Source of the DNA: Eledone cirrhosa
Taxonomy: Eukaryota
DNA: 33,287 bases
Assembly: GCA_964016885.1 (NCBI GenBank)
Contig: CAXHJY010001366.1
Span: 1-33,287 of the forward strand
Direction: 5' to 3'
The notes beneath the pieces were generated by a model that had not been told where the DNA came from, did no database searches, and saw nothing but the letters and a program-made list of their open reading frames with translations. Shown here piece by piece: positions 1 through 13,783 of the stretch (positions are counted from its first letter, which is position 1; each line of letters opens with the position of its first letter). The translations under genes were made by a program, and so were the position numbers.

Positions 1-46
1 GCGTGTGTTTCTTATTGGCAACATGACCCTCCCAAAGTATAACAAT

Positions 47-54
47 ATATATAA

Positions 55-87
<33 letters not shown>

Positions 88-96
88 CATATATAT

Positions 97-130
<34 letters not shown>

Positions 131-131
131 C

Positions 132-162
<31 letters not shown>

Positions 163-220
163 ATATAAATATAAATATATATATATATACATATATATAA
201 ATATATATATATATATACAT

Positions 221-251
<31 letters not shown>

Positions 252-297
252 ATATAAATATATATATATATATAAATATAAATATATATATATACAT

Positions 298-328
<31 letters not shown>

Positions 329-379
329 CATATATATAAATATATATATATACATACATATATATAAATATATATATAT

Positions 380-440
<61 letters not shown>

Positions 441-453
441 TACATATATATAA

Positions 454-484
<31 letters not shown>

Positions 485-497
485 TACATATATATAA

Positions 498-528
<31 letters not shown>

Positions 529-540
529 TACATATATATA

Positions 541-573
<33 letters not shown>

Positions 574-623
574 TATAAATATATATATATACATAACATA
601 TATATAAATATATATATATATAC

Positions 624-680
<57 letters not shown>

Positions 681-915
681 AATACATATATATAAATATA
701 TATACATATATATATATATATACATATATATACATATATACATATATATACATATATATATATATATACATATATATAATATATACATATATATAATATA
801 TATACATATATATAAATATATATACATATATATAAATATATATACATATATATATATATATATACATATATATAAATATATATACATATATATAAATATA
901 TATACATATATATAA

Positions 916-948
<33 letters not shown>

Positions 949-1049
949 CGTATATATATGTATATATACGTATATATAAATATATATACATATATATAAA
1001 TATATATACATATATATACATATATATAAATATATATACATATATATAA

Positions 1050-1088
<39 letters not shown>

Positions 1089-1170
1089 CGTATATATACG
1101 TATATATATATATATATATACGTATATATATGTATATATATATATATATATACGTATACATATGAATATA

Positions 1171-1215
<45 letters not shown>

Positions 1216-1227
1216 GTATATATCTAT
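47..1227. repeat. Compound (TA)n / TATAAA / TACA microsatellite
   Basis: Almost pure alternating TA with periodic AA and CA interruptions. ORF 96..1061 is its translation. Confidence 0.97.
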
Positions 1228-2288
1228 CTAAGGCGGGTAAAATTCCCGAGATCCATGGACGAGTTCTCTCCAGCGGTCTCTGTCCCTCATTATCGCTGCC
1301 ATGTCCTGCGTCTCCAACAAACCAGTGTCTGTCCTTAGGGTATCAACATACGTTAACCTTGGTCTTCCTCTTCTAGTGTGTCCATATAGGGACTCCCACA
1401 GGAGCACTGAGTACAATGTCAACTGTGGGTGTCGGTGAGCATGTCCAGCCAACCTCAGTTTCCTCTGTGTCACTTTTGAGCTGACTTTTGGTATGCTCCC
1501 ATACAGCTCTGAGTTTTTCATCCTCAGTGTATACTGATTAATGTTCACAGCCATCCTCAGCATTCTCGTGTAGCACCCATCCACCATTTGAGTGAGCTTC
1601 TTGGTCAGTGTCGAAGTCTCAGACCCATGCAGCAGCACAGACTCCACTACAGCAATGAAGAGGAGGATTTTCAGGTCTTCACGAAGGTCCGACTTCCACA
1701 CCGATCTCAAGCTGTGGCACGCCGCCCAGGCTTTGCTCTTCCACTCAACCACATCATCTTCCGTATTCCCAATCTTCGCTCCCAAATACACGAAGCCCTC
1801 AACCAATTCTAGCGGCTTCCCGCCTACATTAGTGATCCCCTCTGACTTCTCAACATTCTCTACCAGATATTTTGTTTTAGTCTCATTCATTCTCAGCCCC
1901 ACACTCATCGACACAGTCTCAACCTCCCGCATCAAATCCTCTGCCTCCTTCACTGTATTTGTCACCAAACTATGTCGTCGGCAAATTCAGCATCTGATAC
2001 CTTTTTCGACTTAACTCTCCTGCTCTGAGCCGGTGCTACAGTAAAGCCAGAGTCCTGGTGTTTCTCCAGTGCAAGGCGCATACAATAGTCCACTACGATG
2101 ATAAAAAAATAGGGAGCCAATGTATCTCCCTGGAGTACTCCAGCCAGTATCTCAAAGAACTCTGTCATACCATCAGGTGTAATGACTTGGGCTTTGGTGT
2201 TGGTGTAGAGCAGTGATATCAGGTCCACTATCTTCTTGGGGATTCCATAAGCCTGTAAGATCTTCATCAGGCAGTAACGGTCCACAGA

Positions 2289-2290
<2 letters not shown>
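1228..2290 (-). mobile_element. 5'-truncated non-LTR retrotransposon (RTE-like LINE), C-terminal part of the RT ORF, with one frameshift
   Basis: RT motifs: [85 protein letters not shown]. ORFs 1962..2285 and 1228..1968 join by a 1-nt frameshift at ~1969 (FADDI-[A]-LVTNT). The TAG stop runs straight into a TAGA/TA tail, and both ends abut (TA)n. Confidence 0.95.
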
Positions 2291-2319
<29 letters not shown>

Positions 2320-3656
2320 CAAGTTAATATAAATTAATATATATATGATAAAACACAAATACCAACATATAAGTGTTTGTATTGTAAATGACTAAGTTAG
2401 CTAGATTGAAAAATACTAATTATAATAATACAGTTTGCCTGTCTCGATTTAAAATAATAAATCAATAAAAACAAATGATATTGGCAAATGGCCGTGGTAC
2501 TTAGACAAATTTAAATTTCAAAATCAAACCTGTTCCGTAGATAAGTTTAAACTTCAAAATCCAAATAAGTTTCGAGATGAAAAAGTGAAAAAATACCCCG
2601 TTAGTACTCTGAACACTCAATTCATGTTGAGTTTAGTGTAAATACCAGCCCTGTTTGGATTATATTGATCTCAGCTCTACTCAATTCCTGTTTAGTTGAG
2701 TGTAAACATCAACACAGTAAATATGTTCCACTCAGCATCACATATTGAGATATTTTTCTATTTTCCGTATCATTTAAATATTATGTCTGTAATTTTTTCA
2801 TTTAAGAATTAAATAGTCATATTCTTTAATTTTCTTCATATTAGATTACCCCAACATTTCTATTTTACCATTTGCAGGCGTTCCACTAAATTACCAGATT
2901 TATCACTAGATTTCACTGTTACCATTTGCAGGTGTTAACCCAAAATTACCAGCATTTACGTTTGAAACCTGATCTATCAAATTTCCCAATTTATCAACTT
3001 TCAAACAAAGAAAGTTATGGACAATAGATTTAAACAACATATAACAAATGGCTGAGCTGAGAAATCGCATCTAATTTGCTTGCAACTAAGGCGATTTACG
3101 TAACATATCATTTAGAGTAAAAGAACTGAATTTATTAATAAAATAATTAAGATTTTTCACAAATATAAAATGAAAAACTTTGAGAATATAAAGGAAAATA
3201 TAAAAATTGTAAAGAAAGTTGTGGAGAGTAATAGAAGTGTCATCAGTGTGGTTAATGTAATAAGACTCAGGAATAGCAACCTGAATCTAGAAAACACAGC
3301 GAGGACAAATAACTAAACAAAACAAAATAAAATCGATGGAAAACTTTTATAATTAATCAGAGAAACATATCAGTATTATCATTATTATGCAAAAATGTCA
3401 AATTAGGGTAATGAATAAAACATTTAATTATCTCTAAACACAGTGGTTAGTAATTAACTTAAAAAACTCTAATGCAATTAATATGTGAAAAGGAAGAATG
3501 AAAAATATTGAAAAGAAAAGAGCAACAAAATCTGTCGAATGTAGCGGTAATTACAAATGTTTCCATTGATTTCATATGAAAGAAATATTCATTGTAAGTG
3601 AAAGAGAACGAAGAGAATGAGTGCTGTTGATGTAAATTGAATGTTCAGCAGAAGTG

Positions 3657-3921
3657 GGAGGAGGAAAAAGGGAGAGGGGAGGAGGAGGAGGAGGAGGAGG
3701 AGGAAACAGGTAGAGGGGAGGAGGAGGGGGACGGGGAAGATGAAGAAATTTGGGCAATAGTGAAAGACACAAAGATACTAATCAACATGTGCTTCTATAA
3801 CTTACTATCTAATTTATAATAATAATAATAATAATAATAATATGATAAGATGATAATAAGGATAATTATAATGATGATGATCATAATAATAATTATAATG
3901 ATGATGATGATGATGATGATA
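3657..3921. repeat. (GGA)n and (AAT)n/(GAT)n trinucleotide microsatellites
   Basis: Tracts at ~3657-3745 and ~3817-3921. Confidence 0.9.
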
Positions 3922-4171
3922 ATTAAAACATAGAAGAATGAGAAAACAAAAGAAACAAAAAGCTTTTGACCGCGTGTGAAATAATTATAAGCTGAAGCAA
4001 TATATTCATATTTCTCTCTCTCTCTCCCTCTCTCCTTGACTAAGTCTTTCTCTCTATCACCCTCACCCTCGTTCACTCTCACTCTCCCCCCTCTCTCTCT
4101 GTATTTTTTTACAGTTCCAAATGAAATAACTACCAACAATAACAATAACATGTGTATATTTAGTTCAACGT

Positions 4172-4297
4172 GAAGAAGAAGAAGAAGAAGAAGAAGACGA
4201 AGAAAAAGAAGAAGAAGAAGACGAAGAAAAAGAAGAAGAAGAAGAAGAAGGCAAAGAAGAAGAAGAACAACAACAGCAACAGCAACAGCAACAACAA

Positions 4298-4339
<42 letters not shown>

Positions 4340-4542
4340 CAGCAACAGCAACAACAACAACAACAACAACAACAGCAGCAGCAACAGCAGCAGCAACAGC
4401 AGCAACAACAGCAACAACAACATCAGCAACAACAGCAACAACAGCAACAACAGCAACAACACCAACAGCAACAAACACAGCAACAGCAACAACAACAACA
4501 GCAACATCAACAACAACAGCAACAACAATAACAGCAACAACT

Positions 4543-4576
<34 letters not shown>

Positions 4577-4605
4577 TAACAACAGCAACAACAACAACGA
4601 CGACA
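4172..4605. repeat. Compound trinucleotide microsatellite (GAA)n-(CAA/CAG)n
   Basis: Seen directly. It produces the poly-K/N/S/L ORFs. Confidence 0.95.
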
Positions 4606-4761
4606 GAAACTAAGACGCATCAGCAAAAAGAAGAGGAATTTTATAATTAATATTGTCATAGAGGTAAACTTTGGCCCTGGAATTATATGAAACTAAAAAT
4701 CACAAACATTATAACTAGTGCTGTTGGCACCAGATGAAATTGTACCAAATACCCAGCTTTG

Positions 4762-4830
4762 TCAGCCACCCTGCCACACTTTATCAAAAGGCCTGGCTTT
4801 TGAGAGAACCAAAGCCACGCTCACATAACA
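4762..4830 (-). pseudogene. Very degraded LINE reverse-transcriptase fragment (CR1/L2/Jockey-like motif)
   Basis: Translation VALVLSKA(RP)FDKVWQGG resembles the RT motif VALD(I/L)SKAFDKVWH, with a small internal duplication (AAAGCC AGGCC). Short, with no other motifs recognisable. Confidence 0.45.
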
Positions 4831-5428
4831 AACTTCATTGTTTTTTGCAGTGAAATTATTCTTCAAACACTGAAGAATTTTTTCAAAAATATGTTTAAGT
4901 AAAACATAAAAGAAAAACAAAACAAAATAAATACGAAGATAAAAGACGAACAGGGACATGAACCAAAAATTAAATTCATATTTTGAAATTAAAATTTAAT
5001 TAGAAACCTGGATTTTCCATTTTTGATAGCCAGTGTTGCAGATTTTTATATATATATTTTTTTTACAAATCATTGTGTTTAATTATTATTTCCAATCAAC
5101 GTCAGGCTTACGAATTACGGTCTTATATCACCGAAGAGAACATCTTGAAACCCTTGAGACACATCGAACAAGAATAAAAGAACAAAACCTAATATTTCAA
5201 GGCATACATTAATTGTAGTTATAGTTAGTAATTTGTATTGTATTGTATTTGTTTGTACAGTTTAGTTAGTTAATATGGTTATGATATATTGTTAGATAGT
5301 TAAATATGATTAATTAATTGTATTAAAACGTGGTATTTGCAGCTGTGTAGATGCATTTCGTTTGGTGGGGCATGGTTGGTGCAGATTTGTTGTATTCGTT
5401 TACTTTCATACATGAGAGATGTAATATT

Positions 5429-5462
<34 letters not shown>

Positions 5463-5730
5463 TAGAATGATCGAGTATCGAAAAATCGGCGCACGAGTTC
5501 ACGATAAACAAAATTCGAAATGAGCGGCAGAGGGCTCAATAATTCAGATAAATCAGAGCTATAACTATCGTTAAAATACCGTCACACATAGAACAAGTCT
5601 AAAATCAACCGCACGATAAAAAATCGATAACAGAAGATTCGGGACAATCAGATAAAAAATATATATATAAATTAATAAATTTAAATGAATGTAAAATCAT
5701 AATATATATATATATATATAAAATATATAT

Positions 5731-5922
5731 ATAATTGTTTCTACTATTGGCACAAGGCCAGCAATTACCTAGTACATTACTGGTACTTTATTTTATCGAC
5801 CCCGTAAGGATGAAAGGCAAAGTTAACCTTGGCGGGATTTGAACTCAGAATGGCAAGGGCCGTAACTCTATGCGTCAAAGCATGGCGTCCGATCCTCTAC
5901 CGTTACTGCCAATCCACCGCCC
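5731..5922 (-). mobile_element. Full-length tRNA-derived SINE (~190 bp)
   Basis: Minus strand: GGGCGGTGGAT head, A-box-like TGGCAGTAACGG, B-box-like GTTCAAATCCC, core CTTTGCCTTTCATCCTTACGGGGTCGATAAAATAAAGTACCAG, tail GCTGGCCTTGTGCCAATAGTAGAAACAATTAT. Multiple homologues in the window. From memory the core resembles the MetaSINE/octopus SINE central domain (not verified). Confidence 0.92.
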
Positions 5923-6120
5923 TTTATAATATATATATATAATATATATATACAATATATATATACAATATATATATATATATATATAAGCAAAGAGATA
6001 TTTAATTTGCCGGTAATTCAACAAATGTATTTATTATAACAGATTCAAAGCACTCTACAGTTTTTCCTGGAGTATAATATCAATGATATTAATAAATGGA
6101 GACTATATTTATAAAACCAT

Positions 6121-6187
6121 ATTTATGTTATTATATATATTTCACGGGGACCAAAAATAAAATTTGGTACGCTCTCATCAGATAAAT
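6121..6187 (-). ncRNA. Degenerate type I hammerhead-ribozyme-like motif (possible Penelope-like element remnant)
   Basis: Minus strand: ATTTAT-CTGATGA-[helix II ACCAAA/TTTGGT]-GAAA-TATAT...ATAAAT. Both core boxes are canonical, but the helix III and cleavage-site geometry is imperfect. Confidence 0.45.
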
Positions 6188-6971
6188 TACAAAATAAATT
6201 TTATAAATAGTGACATACCCGATAAACCAGATCTTAACGGTTCATGTTCCATTTGGAACGTGATGTGGGCTTAACAAATCGTCCTTATCTTATTAATATT
6301 TACACCTCGCTACAGACGTGAATATACATATCGAGTGCTCACCTGGGTGAACCTATAATAACTTCACCTTACACTCCCTGGGTATATATTACACACCAGA
6401 GTACTCGATACTTGGGGCAGTAGTCTATGGTTATATAATAAAGAGTCGGGACCCCTACGACTCAACTCATGCCCTTTCAACAGCTATTTTCCGACTGATT
6501 GCCAAATGCCAGGAGATGTATTTGTCCAAATAAGGGCATACATTGGCTATACAATTGTAAAGAATATTTTTTCACGAATATATCTTTTTTGTTGAGGTAA
6601 TGGCTGTATGTGGTTGGTGTATAGATATCTGGCCTAGTGTGTGTTTATATGTATGAGCGCGCCTAAGTGTGCGTTCAAGTGTGTCTGCTTGGTTATATTA
6701 GGGTATACGGTTGTGTGTGTCCTCTCCCAGGCATGTTAACTCGACTTTAGACAACGGGTCTATAGATTTGGCGCCAGTCCTGGCAACCAATCGGTCAAAT
6801 CAAAGAATAGTACAGGTTGACCAAATGGCAGAATATAGTTATCAACTATGTGACGACTATTTTTTTAGTAATCTGAACAAACCAGGAGGAGCCAACTAAC
6901 TGAACAACACACACATATTTGAAGAGACAATGATAGATGTTAGTTTACAAGGTTGACTAAATAATTGATAT

Positions 6972-7148
6972 TCGGTAGAGGGTCGAACGCCATGCTTGGC
7001 AGCATAGAGTTACGGCCCTTTATGGTCTGAGTTCAAATCCCGCCGAGGTTAACTTTGCTTTTCATCCTTACGGGGGGTCGATAAAATAAAGTACCAGTAA
7101 TACACTGGAATAATTGCTGGCCTTGTGCCAAAAGTAGAAACAATTATT
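6972..7148 (+). mobile_element. SINE copy, 5'-truncated (lacks most of the A box)
   Basis: Collinear with the reverse complement of 5731-5922, from TCGGTAGAGGG to AGAAACAATTATT. Confidence 0.92.
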
Positions 7149-7470
7149 TAAGTAAGCTGATGCAGGACTTTCTTCATAATTCGCATTCTTAATCAGTACA
7201 TAAGCGACTCATCTTGCACCTACCCGAGCTGCATATTCAACATTTCAGCCACATAAACATACTCCCAAAGAGGAACCTACCACATCATATTTTTTCTACG
7301 ATAGTGCCGGTTCCTTTTCGTCGGCTTACGTTGAAATGGTTGGTCGTCATACGATCAACAAAACATACGTACTTGCCATGGTGTCGTTGGAGTACTGACC
7401 TATATATATATATATATATATATTAGATAGATATATATATATGTCAGTCTCTACTTTGTTCTGGCCTACA

Positions 7471-7522
7471 CCATCTTGTTTTTGTGTGTTGTCTGTTCAC
7501 ACAACACACAAAAACAAGATGG
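7471..7522. repeat. Perfect 22-bp inverted repeat with 8-nt loop
   Basis: CCATCTTGTTTTTGTGTGTTGT (7471-7492) / ACAACACACAAAAACAAGATGG (7501-7522). Confidence 0.95.
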
Positions 7523-7773
7523 ATACTAACTTGATACTAGTTAGTGACAATGACATTACAAACTGGTATCTGCACTAACGTTAAACTATTTAGTTACAAT
7601 TTTAGTTTAAGTAATATATTAATACATATTTGGTGGGTTATGTTTGTGAACATTTGATAGTGTCTGTTTTGGGTGACATCCTTTAAGTTTATATTAAAGC
7701 GATTAACAGATATAGTTCTATATATACTTACACACAGGCACAGATAAACATATACAAACACATACGCCTAGAC

Positions 7774-7776
<3 letters not shown>

Positions 7777-7870
<94 letters not shown>

Positions 7871-7900
7871 TATGTGTGTGTGTGTGTGTATGTGTGTGGG
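7777..7900. repeat. (GT)n microsatellite
   Basis: Seen directly. Confidence 0.97.
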
Positions 7901-7954
7901 TCTGTGTATATACATATATAATCATGGTATGTCCAGTAATGTTGTTATAACTCC

Positions 7955-8006
7955 ATACAGTCTTGATGATTCAAACGAGATCGTGGAATGAAAGCTAGTT
8001 ATGTAT
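7955..8006 (+). ncRNA. Degenerate minimal type I hammerhead-ribozyme-like motif
   Basis: ATACAGTC-TTGATGA-[TTCAAACGAGATCGTGGAAT stem-loop]-GAAA-GC-TA-GTTATGTAT. Palindromic AGCT helix III as in Penelope-type minimal hammerheads. C3>T in the core and an imperfect helix I. Confidence 0.5.
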
Positions 8007-9050
8007 ATATACAATTGTGTGTGTGTGCATGTGTGTGTGTGTGTGTGTGCATGTGTGTGTGTCTGTATTTGTAACGCAGAAGCGCGAGGAGGTCTGAGTC
8101 ATGACAGGGTGTATTAACTGCCGTCGAGATGGCCTGAAATTATTATATTATATTTGATCAGAATTTAATTCTTTACCACAAAGGTCACCAATAGACGCGA
8201 AACAAAATGAACACCGGAATGAAAAAAAACATCAATTCATAGGCAGCAGCTAATGAAATAAGTAGAGCTTGGTAGTATACCAAATCAGTAAATTTCAGAA
8301 ACGAAATTGCTTACCAATTCAATTAGTAGTAAACATCACTGCTATGACATATTTCATCAGTCAAAATTGTTTAATTATTTTCTTTGGCACTGTCTACACA
8401 CGGAAGACAGTTCTGCGTTGTTAACTCCCATAACTTATCCTTTGACATTTTATTCCGCACGACTGCTCTATTTTTTCCAATTGACTTCGTTCCACTTAAA
8501 GCGTTTCACTCGTTTTTCTTTCATTCACGCACAGCCGCATGCACAAGACCCACACTCAGAGAACAACGCACATACGTCCTATATTGCCCCAGAAACCTGA
8601 CTATATATTGGAGCAGCGTAGATTATTATTTTTATCATCATTGTTATTGTTATTAGTATTATTATTAATGTATTTACGGCTTAGATATAAGGATTTTAGC
8701 TAAAAGTAGTTTTGTCATCCTTATAGGGATTGTTCACTTTCATTTATAGTTTTTGGGTTTTTTTTTTTAGGTTTGTCTCTGAACGCTTTCTCGTCACACG
8801 TCTTCTCTCTCCTCCTCACGTGTCGCTCACTAATCTCTCTCCTTGTGTCACTCACTCCCTCTAAGCTTCGTTATTCTCACTCTGTCACAGTTTTCATGTT
8901 TTTTTTTTTCATCTTCTTCTCATCGGAAATCTAAACACCGTCTCGCACTCACGCGTGTCTTGCCCCTCACCCCATCTCTCTCTCTCTCTCGCCCTCTCCC
9001 TCGGCCTCTCTCTCGCCCTCTCACACAATACCTCAGCCCATTCTCTCACC

Positions 9051-10706
<1,656 letters not shown>

Positions 10707-11089
10707 TCCCAGCCCTTCCATTATATATCCTTATCCTGACAATATTCCCTTCATTTGTCCTCAGTTTGACAGCTTTTATTTCTCTGCCTCAACCTCCTTC
10801 AATCCTTTCTACTTTCACTTTCATTATCTAATTTCTTCTATTTATCATATATTTATTTAACACACACACACTCAAACACACACACTCACACACACTTACA
10901 TATACACACACACACACACACACTTACACACACTCACATAGACACACACATCTATATATACTAACATAAGTGCAAGCACACACATACCCCCATACTATCT
11001 CTCCCACCCCCTCAAAAACCATTATGCCCCACCGTCCTCGCCGCCGGCATTCCAAAAATGATACACCACACACACAACCAACACGACCC

Positions 11090-12585
11090 AATGCACACAC
11101 ACACAGATAAACACACAGACAAACACACCCGCGGACAGAGACGCACACAGCCAAACACACATACACAGACAAACACACCCGCGGACAGAGTCACACACAG
11201 CCAAACACACACAGACAAACACACAGAGACGCACACAGCCAAACACACATACACAGACAGAGACACACACAGCCAAACACACTCACGGACAGAGACGCAC
11301 ACAGCCAAACACACAGACACAGCAGATAGACAGACATATAGACTGACACATACATACACACTAACACACAGATAGACTGACACATACATACGCACTAACA
11401 CACAGATAGACTGATACATACGCACACACTAACACACAGACAGACACATGCATACGCACTAACACACAGACAGACTGACACATACATACGCACTAACACA
11501 CAGATAGACTGACACATACATACGCACTAACACACAGATAGACTGACACATACATACACACTAACATACAGATAGACTGACATACATACGCACTAACACA
11601 CAGATAGACTGACACATACATACGCACTAACACACAGATAGACTGACACATACATACGCACTAACACACAGATAGACTGACACATACATATGCACTAACA
11701 CACAGATAGACTGACACATACATACGCACTAACACACAGATAGACTGACACATACATACGCACTCACATACAGATAGACTGACACATACATACGCACTAA
11801 CATACAGATAGACTGACACATACATACGCACTAACACACAGATAGACTGACACATACATACACACTAACATACAGATAGACTGACACATACATACGCACT
11901 AACACACAGATAGACTGACACATACATACGCACTAACACACAGATAGACTGACACATACATACGCACTAACACACAGGCAGCCGATAGACACACAGACAG
12001 ACACATACATACGCACTAACACACAGACACAGCCGATAGACACACAGACAGACAGACACAGACATACGCACTAACACACAGATAGATTGACACATACACA
12101 CGCACTAACACACAGACACAGCCAATAGACACACAGACAGACACATACATACGCACTAACACACAGACACAGCCGATAGACACACAGACAGACACATACA
12201 TACGCACTAACACACAGATAGACTGACACATACACACGCACTAACACACAGATAGACTGACACATACACACGCACTAACACACAGACACAGCCGATAGAC
12301 ACACAGACACGCACTAACACACAGACAGGCACATACATACGCACTAACACACAGACGCACTAACGCACAGACACAGCCGATAGACACACAGACAGACAGA
12401 CACATACATACGCACTAACACACAGACAGACACATACATACGCACTAACACACAGACGCACTAACACACAGACACAGACATACATACGCACTAACACACG
12501 TATAGACTGACACATACACACGCACTAACACACAGACACAGCCGATAGACACATACACAGTCAGGCAGACAGACAGATAGACAGT
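11090..12585. repeat. CA-rich minisatellite with 34-bp core unit CACTAACACACAGATAGACTGACACATACATACG and flanking variant units
   Basis: Regular 34-bp period at ~11360-11970. Variant units carry GCGGACAGAG/CAGCCAAAC (11110-11320) or CAGCCGATAGAC (11980-12560). Confidence 0.93.
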
Positions 12586-12781
12586 GACAGAGGCCGCCAT
12601 TACATCCACTTTCTTGTGACTCAACGTAAGCACTTAGTTTGCGGCATGTACCGATAATGGCCGTCTTAATGGGCTTGATGTTAAACTCTCAGCCAACTTT
12701 TACATTGCATTTCATCAGCAGAGGTCACATTTATTGCACTGCGGATGTGAGAGACGGAAGCACTTAGGCCAAACAGTTGAA

Positions 12782-13340
12782 TAGAGAAGAAGAAGAAGAT
12801 AGTGAGAGGGGGGGAATGAGATAGAAGAAGAAGAAGAAGAAAAAAAGAAAAAGAAAAAGAAAAAGAAAAAGAAGATAGTGAGGGGGAAGAAGGAGATAGA
12901 AGAAGAAGAAGAAGATAGTGAGGGGGAGAATGAGAGAAGAAGAAGAAGATAGTGAGGGGGGAGAATGAGATAGAAGAAGAAGATAGTGAGGGGGGAGAAT
13001 GAGATAGAAGAAGAAAAAGAAAAAGAAAAAGAAAAAGAAGATAGTGAGGGGGGGGGGAGAAGGAGATAGAAGAAGAAGAAGAAGAAGAAAAAGAAGAAAA
13101 AGAAAAAGAAAATGGAAGATAGTGAGTGTGTGGGGGGGAGAAGGGGGGAGAAGATGGCGGTGGGGCAAGAGAAGAAGAAGAAGAAAATGGAAGATAGTGA
13201 GGAGGGGGGGAGATAGAAGATGGGGGTGGGGGAAGGAGAAAGAAGATGGCGGTGGGGCAAGAGAAGGAGAAAGAAGAAGAAGGCGAAGAAGAAGGCGAAG
13301 AAGAAGGCGAAGAAGAAGGCGAAGAAGAAGAAGAAGAAGT
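12782..13340. repeat. Polypurine minisatellite (GAAGATAGTGAG-G tract-(GAA)n units)
   Basis: About 8 copies of GATAGTGAG followed by G-runs and GAA/GAAAAA tracts. The plus strand is almost all purine. Confidence 0.9.
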
Positions 13341-13643
13341 AGAATCAACAGCAATAACAACAAAAGTAGAAGTTAACACGAAAACAGAAACAGCAATCGG
13401 CATAATAAAAAAAATAAAAAAAAATCACCTGTGTTTATATATATATATACATAGAGACATACACATCTTTGTGTGTGCATATATATGTGTATGTGTATAT
13501 ATATATATATATATATAAAGATGAAGGAAATATTGGAGTGTGTGTGTGTATGATATAGATAGAGACAGAGAGAGGGAGACAGAGAGAGGGAGACAGAGAG
13601 AGGGAGAAAAAGAGAGTGAGACTTGCTATCGTCATTAAATCGC

Positions 13644-13692
<49 letters not shown>

Positions 13693-13783
13693 AGCAATTT
13701 AATGACAATGAAGGGGAAACAAATCCACCCCAGAGAATCACATGTGTTGTTTATATGACCGCTAGAATATATAAGGGCCACTT

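Noticed and set aside
1228-1290. The RTE fragment as the partner LINE of the SINE
   Set aside because: Its 3' end shows no similarity to the SINE tail.
2865-2958. Two diverged 54-bp direct repeats starting TTACCATTTGCAGG (acceptor-like)
   Set aside because: Only two copies and no supportable exon. Probably an old local duplication.
5731-5922. tRNA gene
   Set aside because: A and B boxes are present but no cloverleaf is evident, and it is part of a multicopy SINE.
6958-7150. 10-bp inverted repeat TAAATAATTG/CAATTATTTA flanking a SINE
   Set aside because: AT-rich and overlapping the SINE tail, so probably chance.
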